Both the position numbers and the translations under genes were made by a program. From Catajapyx aquilonaris (lineage: Eukaryota), in contig KZ538440.1 in assembly GCA_000934665.2 (NCBI GenBank), forward strand, positions 50,112-70,111: a DNA stretch of 20,000 nt, in the 5' to 3' direction. The notes under the pieces were generated by a model. It was not told where the DNA came from and searched no databases. It saw nothing but the letters and a program-made list of their open reading frames with translations. This document shows positions 10,653-19,874 of this stretch, in pieces; position 1 is the stretch's first letter; every line of letters starts with the position of its first letter.

Positions 10653-11338
10653 CAGGGAGTCCCACTACTTACTTTACCCGCCATTTTTTAAATAACTGTA
10701 ACACAAATGAAGATATTGCAATGAAATTTGAACTGAACTAACCTCATTATATATAGGAAAGGAAATGGCATCACAACATGGGCTGGACATGGCCACCATT
10801 TATGTCCATGCAGGCCTGAACACGACGCTCCATATTTTGGAAGGTCCTGGCCAGCATGTCCTGAGGCACTGCCTGAATTTCTTGGATGGTGTTTTCTTTC
10901 AAGGTGTTGATGGGTCGTGGTTTACACTTCCCACACCATCATGGCTGAAATTCAGTCCTTTTTTGGCACCCAATTCATTTCAAAGGGACTTTGGTCACTG
11001 CATTTGCCTGATCTGACGCCGCCTGATTACTTCTTATGGGGCTATCTGATAGTGTGTTTGTACCGAAACAAACCACGACCCATCAACGCCTCAAAAGAAA
11101 ACATCATCCAAGCAATTCAGGCAGTGCCTCAGGGCATGCTGGTCAGGACCTTCCAAAATATGGAGTGTTGTGTTCAGGCCTGCCTGGACGGAAATGGTGG
11201 TCATTTCCAGCCCATGTTGTGATGCCATTTCCTTTCTCACATAATGAGGTTAGTTAAGTTCAAATGTCGTTGGAATATCTTCATTCGTGTTATAGTTATG
11301 GGAGAAATGCTGGGTAAAGTTAGTAGTGGGACACCCTG
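10653..11338 (+). mobile_element. Internally deleted Tc1/mariner-superfamily element with about 270-bp inverted arms and a transposase C-terminal relic
   Basis: TA|CAGGGAGTCCCACTACT ... AGTAGTGGGACACCCTG|TA. ORF 10917-11222 reads HTS...ISKGLWSLHLPDLTPPDYFLWGYL...NKPRPINASKENI...CLDGNGGHFQPML, a decayed WPPRSPDLTPxD(Y/F)FLWG motif of DDxD mariner-like transposases. Confidence 0.93.
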
Positions 11339-11696
11339 TACAATAAAAACTCATTTCATGGGTCAAAGCAACAATATATTTTCAATGCGGTTCCCACCTA
11401 TGTCAAAATAGGTCAAAATAACCACTAAACAGACACTTAGGTTCCAACGACCAAAATAGGCAATTTTAGGTTCTATAAAACTACGATTTTTGAGGTCCTT
11501 GTGTTATGAAATTGATAGATATTTTGGTTCCAGTGTTCTGCTACAGAATAAAAAGTAGATAAAAACCTAGAAATCCGTTCCCTAATTATTATTAAAACTA
11601 TTATTACATTCAGTCTGTATACATCAACAGCATTGAAGTACACTCCTGCTGGAGCCATGTAACATTGGTTATCTAGTTGTCTTTTTGGTTGCAATA

Positions 11697-11982
11697 TAGT
11701 AGAGCATCGATTATCCGAAACAAATGGGGACTGGGGGTGTTCGGATAACTGATTTTTCGGATAACCAATCATTTATGAAAAAAATTGTACCGCTGTCATA
11801 GGAGCAATACGAAACAAAGAAACAGCGATATTAAACACAAAACGGTATATTTTGCATCACACCACAGCACTAGCGACTGCTAGCGGAACTACATGGCGCG
11901 CAAATTTGAATTTGCTGACTCGAACGCTTTCGGTTAACCGATGTTTCGATTGATCGGTATTCAGATAATTGATGCTCTACTG
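11697..11982. mobile_element. Tigger/pogo-like MITE (286 bp)
   Basis: TA|TAGTAGAGCATCGATTATCCGAA ... TTCAGATAATTGATGCTCTACTG|TA, with internal TTCGGATAAC repeats. Lies about 50 nt into the intron after the 12034 donor. Confidence 0.82.
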
Positions 11983-12033
11983 TAGTACATTTGAGCCACA
12001 ACAAAGCAACTGTGCTTGTGATGCAAAGCTTAC

Positions 12034-12268
12034 TTGATGGTTGACTCTTTCCATTTGTCCTAGGAGCTGGAGGAGGATGGTTGGAAGTAGGCAACCGTCC
12101 TGCAGGTCCTGACACACTAGCTGTTGCTGCAGGGACAAGCCCAGGCCCTGCAGCTGATGAAGTCAGTGGATGTCGTCTCCTAAGTTCCATCTGAGCTGCA
12201 TCAGAAAGGATTGGAGTGGTACCAGCAGACCTGGATGGAACCAAAGAAGTGCTCGGCGCATTGGTGGA
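12034..12268 (-). CDS. lnpk: Lunapark exon (Pro/Ser-rich linker containing ELRRR)
   Basis: cttttcag|TCC ACC ... TCA A|gtaagc; 235 nt, phase 0 to 1. Open frame STNAPSTSLVPSRSAG...MELRRRHPL...KSQPS, with phases compatible with both neighbours. Confidence 0.88.
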
Positions 12269-12394
12269 CTGAAAAGAAGTCATGTGTAAGTAGAAGCGCG
12301 CGCACACACACATTGCCTATAAATAGCCAGTCATTGTGGTATCACTAAATATTGTCAGCTATATACAGTGGTGGCTCAAGTTCCAGTAGTGTAA

Positions 12395-12973
12395 AGCCCT
12401 GTTTCCACTGGCATAATTTTCGAGCACAAAAACAAAATTTGATGAAACGCACAAAATCAAACAAACTTTGGAATTATTCCAAGATTTTAAACTTCTCACA
12501 AATTGTGCCTGGCACAAAATGGAAATCCAAGATCGCCAACTGCGGTGGACTTCATCGGAATTATTTTGCGATAATTCTAGCACACTTGACGGTTAAGCTA
12601 AACGATTTTTGGATGGGGGTTCAGTTTCAATAAAATACATTTGGAACTTTGGGTGCTCCCTTCCCATCTCAATTTTGTGGACACGACTGTGTGTGTGTGA
12701 AAATAACAAAAATTGTCCTGGTTGGAACAGGTGTTTAAGGTGCGTTTACATGTGAGCGATTTCATCACGCGATAACATTGTTGAGTAACCCGAGTTACGA
12801 TTGTTACTGTGATTGTTACTTTTGCTCCAAACAATTGGATTCATTGCTCAGTGATCAAATCGCTCACATGTACAGGCACCTTTATTTGTGCTGGACAAAA
12901 TCGTCAAGGAAACAAAAATTGTTCTGGCTTGCATTTTGTCCAGAACAAAAATTATGCCAGTGGAAACAAGGGT
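12395..12973. mobile_element. PIF/Harbinger-like MITE (outer element)
   Basis: AGCCCTGTTTCCACTGGCATAATTTT ... AAAATTATGCCAGTGGAAACAAGGGT. Flanks are TAA and TCA (degenerate TWA TSD). Confidence 0.75.
12738..12881. mobile_element. PIF/Harbinger-like MITE (144 bp) nested in 12395-12973
   Basis: TTA|AGGTGCGTTTACATGTGAGCGATTT ... AAATCGCTCACATGTACAGGCACCT|TTA; intact 3-bp TTA TSD. Confidence 0.82.
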
Positions 12974-13284
12974 TCAGGTACCGGTAGTGTAAGTGGGATA
13001 CCCAACATTAATATGTGCTAATACAAAGTAGCATTTGACCACATGCACAGCTGGTTGGAATGGCTGATTCAGAATTTAGTTCACATCCGTATCAATGTAA
13101 AGGTCACAGACCCTCCAGCATCAAGTGGGTACTCCTGTGCCTGCAAAATTTTCCTTGGTCAAAAAAACTGAAGGCACACTTCCCAGTTGCAAAAACTTCT
13201 CCAGCTGTCCCTTTCCTCCTGCTCAGGGCACCACACCAACTTGGAGCTGCATGACATATCTGCTGATAGGTATGTGAGCAAAAT

Positions 13285-14011
13285 TCTGACAACCAAACTA
13301 ACTCTTCTTACCCTCCTAAATTTTGAAATTTTTTGAATTTTCTAATTCTGCTTGGCCTATAGTGTTGTGCAAACATCACCTCTGCTGCTAATTTTCACGT
13401 CAAAATACAAGCGTTAAGGCCCATTCACACAGGCCGTCGACGGTTTTGGTTTTGGTTTTAGTTTTGGTTTTGGACCAATCAGAGCGGGCCCTCACGTAAA
13501 CAACGCGTCATGGTTACCGTGAGGGCCTGCTCTGATTGGTCCAAAACCAAAACTAAAACCAAAACCAAAACCGTCGACGGCCTGTGTGAATGGGCCTTAA
13601 TGCGATATTCCGAAGCCACAACACCTAGCAGCCGGTCGCGGGTCGTAGGTCCCCGGTCGCTGTGACTGTAGGACACTCTAGGGTGGCGCGAGCAAGTAGA
13701 ATATGATCTCACACGCTTCGAAATCGATTCTGTGTAGCAATTTATGAATCAAGCTTAATCAATCATTTACATATCACTGATATCAGTCGCGACGACCTGC
13801 GACAGGCCAGCTGGGACCGGCAACTCGCCACCCGCGACAGGATGCAGGTGTTGTGGCTTCGGAATTTTGGTATTTTGGCTTGTATTTTGACCCTGCTAAT
13901 GTGAAAATTAGCAGCAGAGGTGATGTTTGCACAACACAGGTCAAGCAGAATTAGAAAATCCAAAAATTTTCAAAATTTAGGAGGGTAAGAAGAGTTAGTT
14001 TGGTTGTGAGA
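13285..14011. mobile_element. Foldback element with long inverted arms, superfamily unassigned
   Basis: 13285-13412 plus 13607-13642 pair with about 13830-14011 (ACAACCAAACTAACTCTTCTTACCCTCCTAAATTTTGAAA...). The left arm is interrupted by a younger MITE. No TSD recognised. Confidence 0.82.
13418..13596. mobile_element. Young, near-perfect palindromic MITE with internal (GGTTTT)n
   Basis: TTAA|GGCCCATTCACACAGGCCGTCGACGG ... CCGTCGACGGCCTGTGTGAATGGGCC|TTAA. Arms of about 80 bp differ at one position and most CpGs are intact. Termini look Harbinger-like, while the duplicated flank reads TTAA. Confidence 0.92.
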
Positions 14012-14579
14012 CACGTGCCCTTCTTCGTGAGAATTGACGGGAATGTCTGCTGTCCTATGAAATGTGCAATATGGTTGAGAGTCCCATCAGTCTGCAATGT
14101 TACACAGTCAAAACTTGGTCTCATCATGCAAGTGCAATTACAGCTAACTTTTGCAGGATGGCAGAAGTAAATGCAACAAAAATCAAAATGTTCATAATCC
14201 TCGGTTTTTTCCCCTTTCACTGGTACCCTGATAAAGCTTGTTTGATCACGATAACCTCTGGCAGGTAGATTGAGCATGAACTGGTGTTCTGTGAAAATAT
14301 TAGGGTTGATGTTCTTTGCTCTATAGGACTAATACCTGTGATGTTCTACAATGAAGCACTTAATCAATAACAAAGTGACAACAAATATAGGTAGCATGGT
14401 TTGAACTAGAGGTGAGTACAGTTGCACCATGCCTCGCCATGCACATTGCCTCATGGCCAGCTTAAGTCTAGCAGTATGGCTGGTTCACTACAGGCAAAAC
14501 AGGTTTCCTAACATCAGTAACTCCCACTATACAGAATGCCTACATCAGTGATGCACCTATGGCACCTCGGCCATTAAGG

Positions 14580-14820
14580 CAGTGGTTTCCAACCTTTTAC
14601 CAACTGCGACCCCCTAAACATGTTTCCATAAAAATGCGACACCCACCCCCCATTCCTGCCCTCCACTGGCCCTTCCTGCAACTGCCCCCTTTCCAGAAAA
14701 CATACCCTCTGTACGGCCGCAAAAATTGTTCAATTGACACAAAAATTGCACAAAAAAAAGTTGAACCAAGGCTTGCGACCCCCGCGACCCTGCCCGCGAC
14801 CCCCTGGTTGGAAACCACTT
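14580..14820. mobile_element. hAT (Charlie-type) MITE, 241 bp
   Basis: TIRs CAGTGGTTTCCAACC / GGTTGGAAACCACTT with a perfect 8-bp TSD CATTAAGG (14572-14579 and 14821-14828). Confidence 0.92.
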
Positions 14821-14840
14821 CATTAAGGTACTTTTTCTTA

Positions 14841-15130
14841 ACCGAAGCAGGTTGGCATAGTGGATAAGGCGTCCGACTGGTAATCGGGAGGTCCTGGGTT
14901 CCAATCCCGGGGCCGGCAACTCTGACCATGGTTTTCTGTGGTTTCCCACGGTCCTTCCAGGGAAATTACGGAGTTGCTTCCGTAATTAATAGGCCACAGC
15001 CGCTTCCTTCCGTCCCTATCCTATCCCGAAGAGCACAGTAAAATGAAAGCAAAGAGTTCCAGGCAAAACAAACTTCCCCCCTAAAGAGCCGATGGCTGAT
15101 AACGGGGTATGAATAATTATTAAATAATAA
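14841..15130 (+). mobile_element. Full-length tRNA-derived SINE (antisense to lunapark)
   Basis: A box TGGCATAGTGG and B box GGTTCCAATCC; core GGTTTTCTGTGGTTTCCC...AGGCCACAGCCGCTTCCTTCC; (TAA)-rich tail; 17-bp TSD TAAGGTACTTTTTCTTA (14824-14840 and 15131-15147). Confidence 0.92.
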
Positions 15131-15433
15131 TAAGGTACTTTTTCTTACAAAAAAGGGGATATTTCAAATGCTAATTACAGAGTCCTAGGTGAGAGAGAAA
15201 ACATTCAGATTTTTTTTTTCACATTTCTCGACACTTGCACATATAAAATAAAACCCCACAACATGTGTGATGAAAGGGGGTTATTAAACGCAAGTAATCT
15301 ATCCAGGTAGGCCCATCATCAGAATGCAGTGTCAAACCATGGCACGTCAATAAGAGATGGAATGTTGGGTGCCCAGGCCCTATCTATGTGCCAATTTTTG
15401 AAAGTTGCAAATTTGGCTTAGTGGCATATACTA

Positions 15434-15960
15434 CAGGGTGATTCAGTAGGTAGTCCCCCAAAGAATTGGCTATATTTTTCTTTCTACTCTACCTAGAAAT
15501 GTGAAGTTTGGTTTAAAAGTTACCTTAGTTCATGAGAATGTAGCACCATTCACAATAAACGCTGGGATTGACCCTCACCGACCTCCATAAGCAATCAAAC
15601 GTGACTCAACACGAATCTCCTTATTACCGAAGGTCTCCCCAGCATATCCACATTAACAGTCAGGACCAATACAGTGGTAGATGAGCTCCTTTAGAGGAAC
15701 AAAAAAAAATCGAAAAAATATTATGCACAGATCATTTATGAGGATATGCTGCGGAGGATCTTCGATAATAAGGAGATTCGCCCTTGAGTCTCATTCGAGA
15801 GCGTATGGAGGTCATTGAAGGTCAATCCCAGCATTTATTGTGAATGGTGCTACATTCTCATGAACTAAGGGAACTTTTAAACCAAACTTCACATTTCTAG
15901 GTAGAGTAAGAAGAAAAATATAGTCGATTCTTTGGGGAGACTACATAGTGAAACACCCTG
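15434..15960. mobile_element. Tc1/mariner-type foldback MITE (527 bp) with about 220-bp arms
   Basis: TA|CAGGGTGATTCA ... TGAAACACCCTG|TA. Arms 15434-~15652 and ~15738-15960. The right arm retains transposase C-terminal-like pieces EDMLRRIFDN and, in another frame, ERMEVIEGQSQHLL*. Confidence 0.88.
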
Positions 15961-16098
15961 TATAATTTTTGAGGCCACGAATTACAATGAATCTCTAGGA
16001 TAAGATATTTCTAATGGCCCACTTTGACCCAATGGCATATCAAGTCATTGGTTGAACCCATTTTTTACAGGTTAGACCAGGCCCCAGCCACTCTCTAT

Positions 16099-16161
16099 TC
16101 CTCCTCCTCCTCCTCCTCCTCNNNNNNNNNNNNNNNNCCCCCCCCCCCCCCCCCCCCCCCC
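16099..16161. repeat. (TCC)n microsatellite, 16-N assembly gap (16122-16137) and poly-C
   Basis: Seen directly in the sequence. Confidence 0.95.
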
Positions 16162-17508
16162 TTGTGAGAGCGTAGCTCTTCTCCCCCACTACGGGGGATT
16201 GCCAAAGTGGCGTTGCAGTCTCGGTTCCTATGATAGGCCTTACCTAGAGGGCCTCCATTCCACTTAATATCAGCAGCTCATATTTTAATAGCTCTTAAAA
16301 GTTAACATTTCAAATGTAACATCTTAATAAGAAGAACCTTAGTGAGAAATAATCGTCAAGAGAAGCATCAAGCAGGCATCTCAATTGAAATGTGCTGTAC
16401 AAGTTTTTCCCATTATTAGTGAAAATGAAAATGTAGCTATAAATGTCCATTCCATGTCAAAAAATCACTGGATTTTGACATGTATGAGTATTTTTTGTAA
16501 TTAGTCTATTCAAAAATCTGAATATTTTCCACCACACCTAGCACCGTGTAATTAGTATTTGAAATTGCCACTCCTGTAAAAAAAAGAGGAGTCACATAGA
16601 CCAAGGTACTGTATGTCACAGTTACAAGAAGTAAGAAGAGCAGTGCATTGTGACATAGCCACACCAGAAGAATTCTCCTCATCTGACCACATTTTAAGTC
16701 AGTCCATGCTTTCCTATAGTCACAATGTCACAAGACAAATGCCAGCAGAAATATTTGAATGTACTGTTAAGTGTGCTATTATGACTTTTAAAGTTCTACA
16801 ATAGCAATACTGGTAAATAATAATTAGAGTGGCTAGACGAGTTTGGTTATAAAATATAACATGTCCTAGAAATATTAGTCACAACAGTTGAGTACAAAGG
16901 AGCTGTGACATGTATGGACAATTGACCAATGTCACAATACATTACACACCATACAATCCTGCTCTTTTCTTATGTGACATTCTCCCTGGAATGGGAAGGT
17001 TTAAACCTAACCCTTGCTTTCTGAATGTGACATTTTCATACATTGTCTTAGAGAATAACTACATCAGAGCAAGATCCTGGAGTTGATTGTCGATCCTCAA
17101 CACTGTATAAACTATAAAGGGATGTAACGACATTGCTTCAACATAAACAAGGAAACTCATAAAATGTCAGCATGCAAAATGAATTAGATGAAAGCGAGCG
17201 ATAAGCAAGCCAGCTTACCAACGCCTCAGCATAAGCTCTGGCAGTACCTGAGGCAGGTGGTTGTCTTGACAATGCTGCCTTTTTAGATATAGCAGGAAAC
17301 TACCAAGAAAAGAACAAGATTTTTCTTCAGATGACTACTACTGCATAAATACAGTAAGCTGAACAGGTTGACAACTAGGAAGACATACTGCTATCAATAA
17401 AATATACCACTCTACATAGCAGCCAAGATGACCATTCCATGGAGGAAAAACATAACATTTTGGCCAGCGACAAACAGAAATAGAGAAATGCAAAATCAAA
17501 TGGCTTAC

Positions 17509-17692
17509 CAAATGTCGCTTGTGGTCTGGATCATACTTCTCCAATATATCCTTGGCAACATTGTATGTCTCCTTGGACCGAACTTCATCCAAAATTTTCT
17601 TCTTTTCGGCTTGCAGAACACCGAGTTTTGTCTCATTTTTGCGAATTTTTCTTTGGTAAAAAAATGTCAAAAACTTTTTCCACAACCACATT
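17509..17692 (-). CDS. lnpk: Lunapark exon (post-TM coiled coil)
   Basis: tgtttcag|A ATG TGG ... CAT TTG|gtaagc; 184 nt, phase 2 to 0. MWLWKKFLTFFYQRKIRKNETKLGVLQAEKKKILDEVRSKETYNVAKDILEKYDPD matches the lunapark KKILxEVxxKETYxxAKxILExxDPD signature. Confidence 0.95.
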
Positions 17693-17816
17693 CTGAAACA
17701 AATAAACATACATCAATTTACCATCATATTGCTATCTTACTGCAGTTTCAACGACGGGCTCATGAATGTGTAACTTCCCTCTAAATACTAATAAGTAATC
17801 ATATGAGGGTGGATCA

Positions 17817-18065
17817 TTTTTTTTGTTTTTTTGGTTTTTGTTTGTTTTACCCCGTGAGACGCCTACGTAGGCCCTGTTGGGGGGGGGGGGGGGNGTATTA
17901 TTTTTCTTTCCTCCAGTGCAAGGGGACAGGATAAGGATAATGAGGGGGGGACACTGGTGCAGGTGCAATGTCTTCTTGTTGGGGTTCGTGTGCAGTCCCT
18001 CAGGGGGCCCGTTTGCCAAGACGACTCCCTATATGCGGGTCAGAAACCCCCCACCGACACCGCAA
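17817..18065 (-). mobile_element. 5'-truncated retroposed SINE body with A-rich tail
   Basis: 12-bp TSD GAGGGTGGATCA (17805-17816 and 18066-18077). The T-rich run 17817-17848 is an A-rich tail on the minus strand. The body is homologous in inverted orientation to 19654-19820. Confidence 0.8.
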
Positions 18066-19046
18066 GAGGGTGGATCAAATGAAAATGGGAAAAGCAAAAT
18101 TATTTATTTATCCCTAATAAGACGGGTGCTTTATCGCGTTTTTACAAGTATCTGCACAGTAGACATGTGATTGCGAGAAACATGGAAGATACGTATTGTT
18201 CATGCATTATCTCCTCTATATCTTTGGGTTTTGTTCCTGCACACCCTGTTTATACAGTTTGTTCCAAGCATTTATGTTATCTTAGTTATCACAAACCTAA
18301 AGTTGATATTTTTGTGTCGCTTTTGGTGCCCTGATCATGGTGCCCAATTATTCCCAAGTGTGGTCGAATATAAGACTTTGCACATGCTGATTGAGCACCT
18401 GGATTGGGGTGCAAAAAGATACACACAAAAGAACAACTTCAGGTGAAATTTGTAATAAATAAAATAACCTGAACAATTGGAGCACACTGAATATACCTTC
18501 AAGCACTCTGGAAATAATTTACAGGATCTTTGACAACAATGCATTAAAAATTATTAGTTTTAATGGCAATATTTTGTCAAAATTTTTGCTAAAAATCCGA
18601 TATCTTGGGATTTGTCAAAATTCAGGGGGGAAATGTTCCATAATTTCATAAATCTGAAATTTTACATGGCTCGCCACAACCCAGGTCTATTTTGAAATGG
18701 AATGTGTTTAAAAACAAACGGCTGCCTGGCTATAACAAGTGTGCCGGTACCAGTTTATCAAGTTTTTCCAGATCAATACACAAATTTTCCCAAACAACTC
18801 AGTGGTAAAGCAGCATTGAGAAACCAAAATGCCAGAAGTTTCAGACCTGGAGGCCTCTACCACCAATTAAATTTTTCATTGTTACACAAAATGTAAAATT
18901 GATTGGAATTAGTGCCTTTTCTGAGGGTTTTTGGCAAATAAACTAGATTTGTACTTCAGTATGGAATGCCAAGAAGTCAGTGCAACATGGATTTTTAAAC
19001 CCTTGAAAAGAAGCCCATTCTGCACCAAGGAGAGAAAATTACTTAC

Positions 19047-19234
19047 ATGACTGGAAAAATAAGAAATGGCGTGATGCATATGACTTGTTCCTTAAATGTT
19101 GGAGGAAAATAGTAGAGGTAAAAAACCAGGGCTATGATGGCATAAGCAATGGTGGAGTAGAGGATGAAGAGTCCCACAATCTTCTTCTGTTGCTGCTGTG
19201 TGCTGTGTTTGTATTCTTGGATTGTGGTAATTTC
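19047..19234 (-). CDS. lnpk: Lunapark (ER junction formation protein), first coding exon visible in the window (internal exon encoding both TM helices)
   Basis: Acceptor ttttctcccccag|GAA and donor AT|gtaagt; 188 nt, phase 0 to 2. Translates EITTIQEYKHSTQQQQKKIVGLFILYSTIAYAIIALVFYLYYFPPTFKEQVICITPFLIFPV, resembling the lunapark TM1-TM2 region. Not in the ORF track. The start codon exon(s) were not found inside the window. Confidence 0.93.
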
Positions 19235-19464
19235 CTGGGGGAGAAAAAAATCATCACATTACCTATTTAACCCTTTGAGGGCGACATGACTCATACGAGG
19301 TCCTGCGGGTTTTTGAACTGGGCAAGCTAGAGTTTAGACAGAAATGGCGCAGTATGAGGATCAAACTGCTCCTACCACCTTGTGGAAGGAGGCTCAACTA
19401 CCATGGCGTATGCTAATCAGTTTTTCCCCCTCCCAGTGTGAGCTAAACATACTCCCTCCTGCGG

Positions 19465-19820
19465 ACCGAAGCAGTAGTGGTGGAGTGGATCTGGTGTCCG
19501 ACTGCTAATCGGGAGGTCCAGAGTTCGAGTCCCGGAGGCCTGCGATCCTGACCTTTGTTTTCTGTGGTTTTCCAAGGTCACCCCAGGAAAATTCCAGGAT
19601 CGCACCATAAAATAGGCCACAGCCACTTTCTTCCTTTCCCTGCCCTGGAGGAGGTGCGGCGTCGGTGGGGAGGTTTCTAGCCTGCACCTATGGGGGGTAT
19701 CTCAAGCTTGGCCCCCTCAGGTACTGCACACGGCCCCCACCACAAGACAATGCACTGCACCACTGTCCCTCCCTCTTTATACCTTCCCTGTCCCCCGCAC
19801 CGGAGAGAAAGAAAAAACAT
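19465..19820 (+). mobile_element. tRNA-derived SINE with the same head and core as 14841-15130 but a different, longer 3' body
   Basis: Starts ACCGAAGCAG like the 14841 copy and shares GTCCGACTG.TAATCGGGAGGTCC, a B box (GAGTTCGAGTCC) and TTTTCTGTGGTTT...AATAGGCCACAGCC. The 3' part matches the reverse complement of 17896-18064. No tail or TSD seen. Confidence 0.82.
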
Positions 19821-19874
19821 GCGGAAGTAATTTAGAAAACGGAGGCAATCTCCCCGCCTACATTGACCACTAGG

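Noticed and set aside
13442..13572. Telomere-like (GGTTTT)n repeats
   Set aside because: Only five units per arm, arranged symmetrically inside a MITE. Not a telomere or interstitial telomeric array.
14841..14920. tRNA gene (also at 19465-19545)
   Set aside because: A and B boxes are present, but the sequence continues into a SINE core. The 14841 copy also has a tail and TSD, and there is no convincing acceptor stem.
19267..19300. piggyBac-like end TTAA|CCCTTT
   Set aside because: No partner AAAGGG|TTAA end or transposase found nearby; too short to call.
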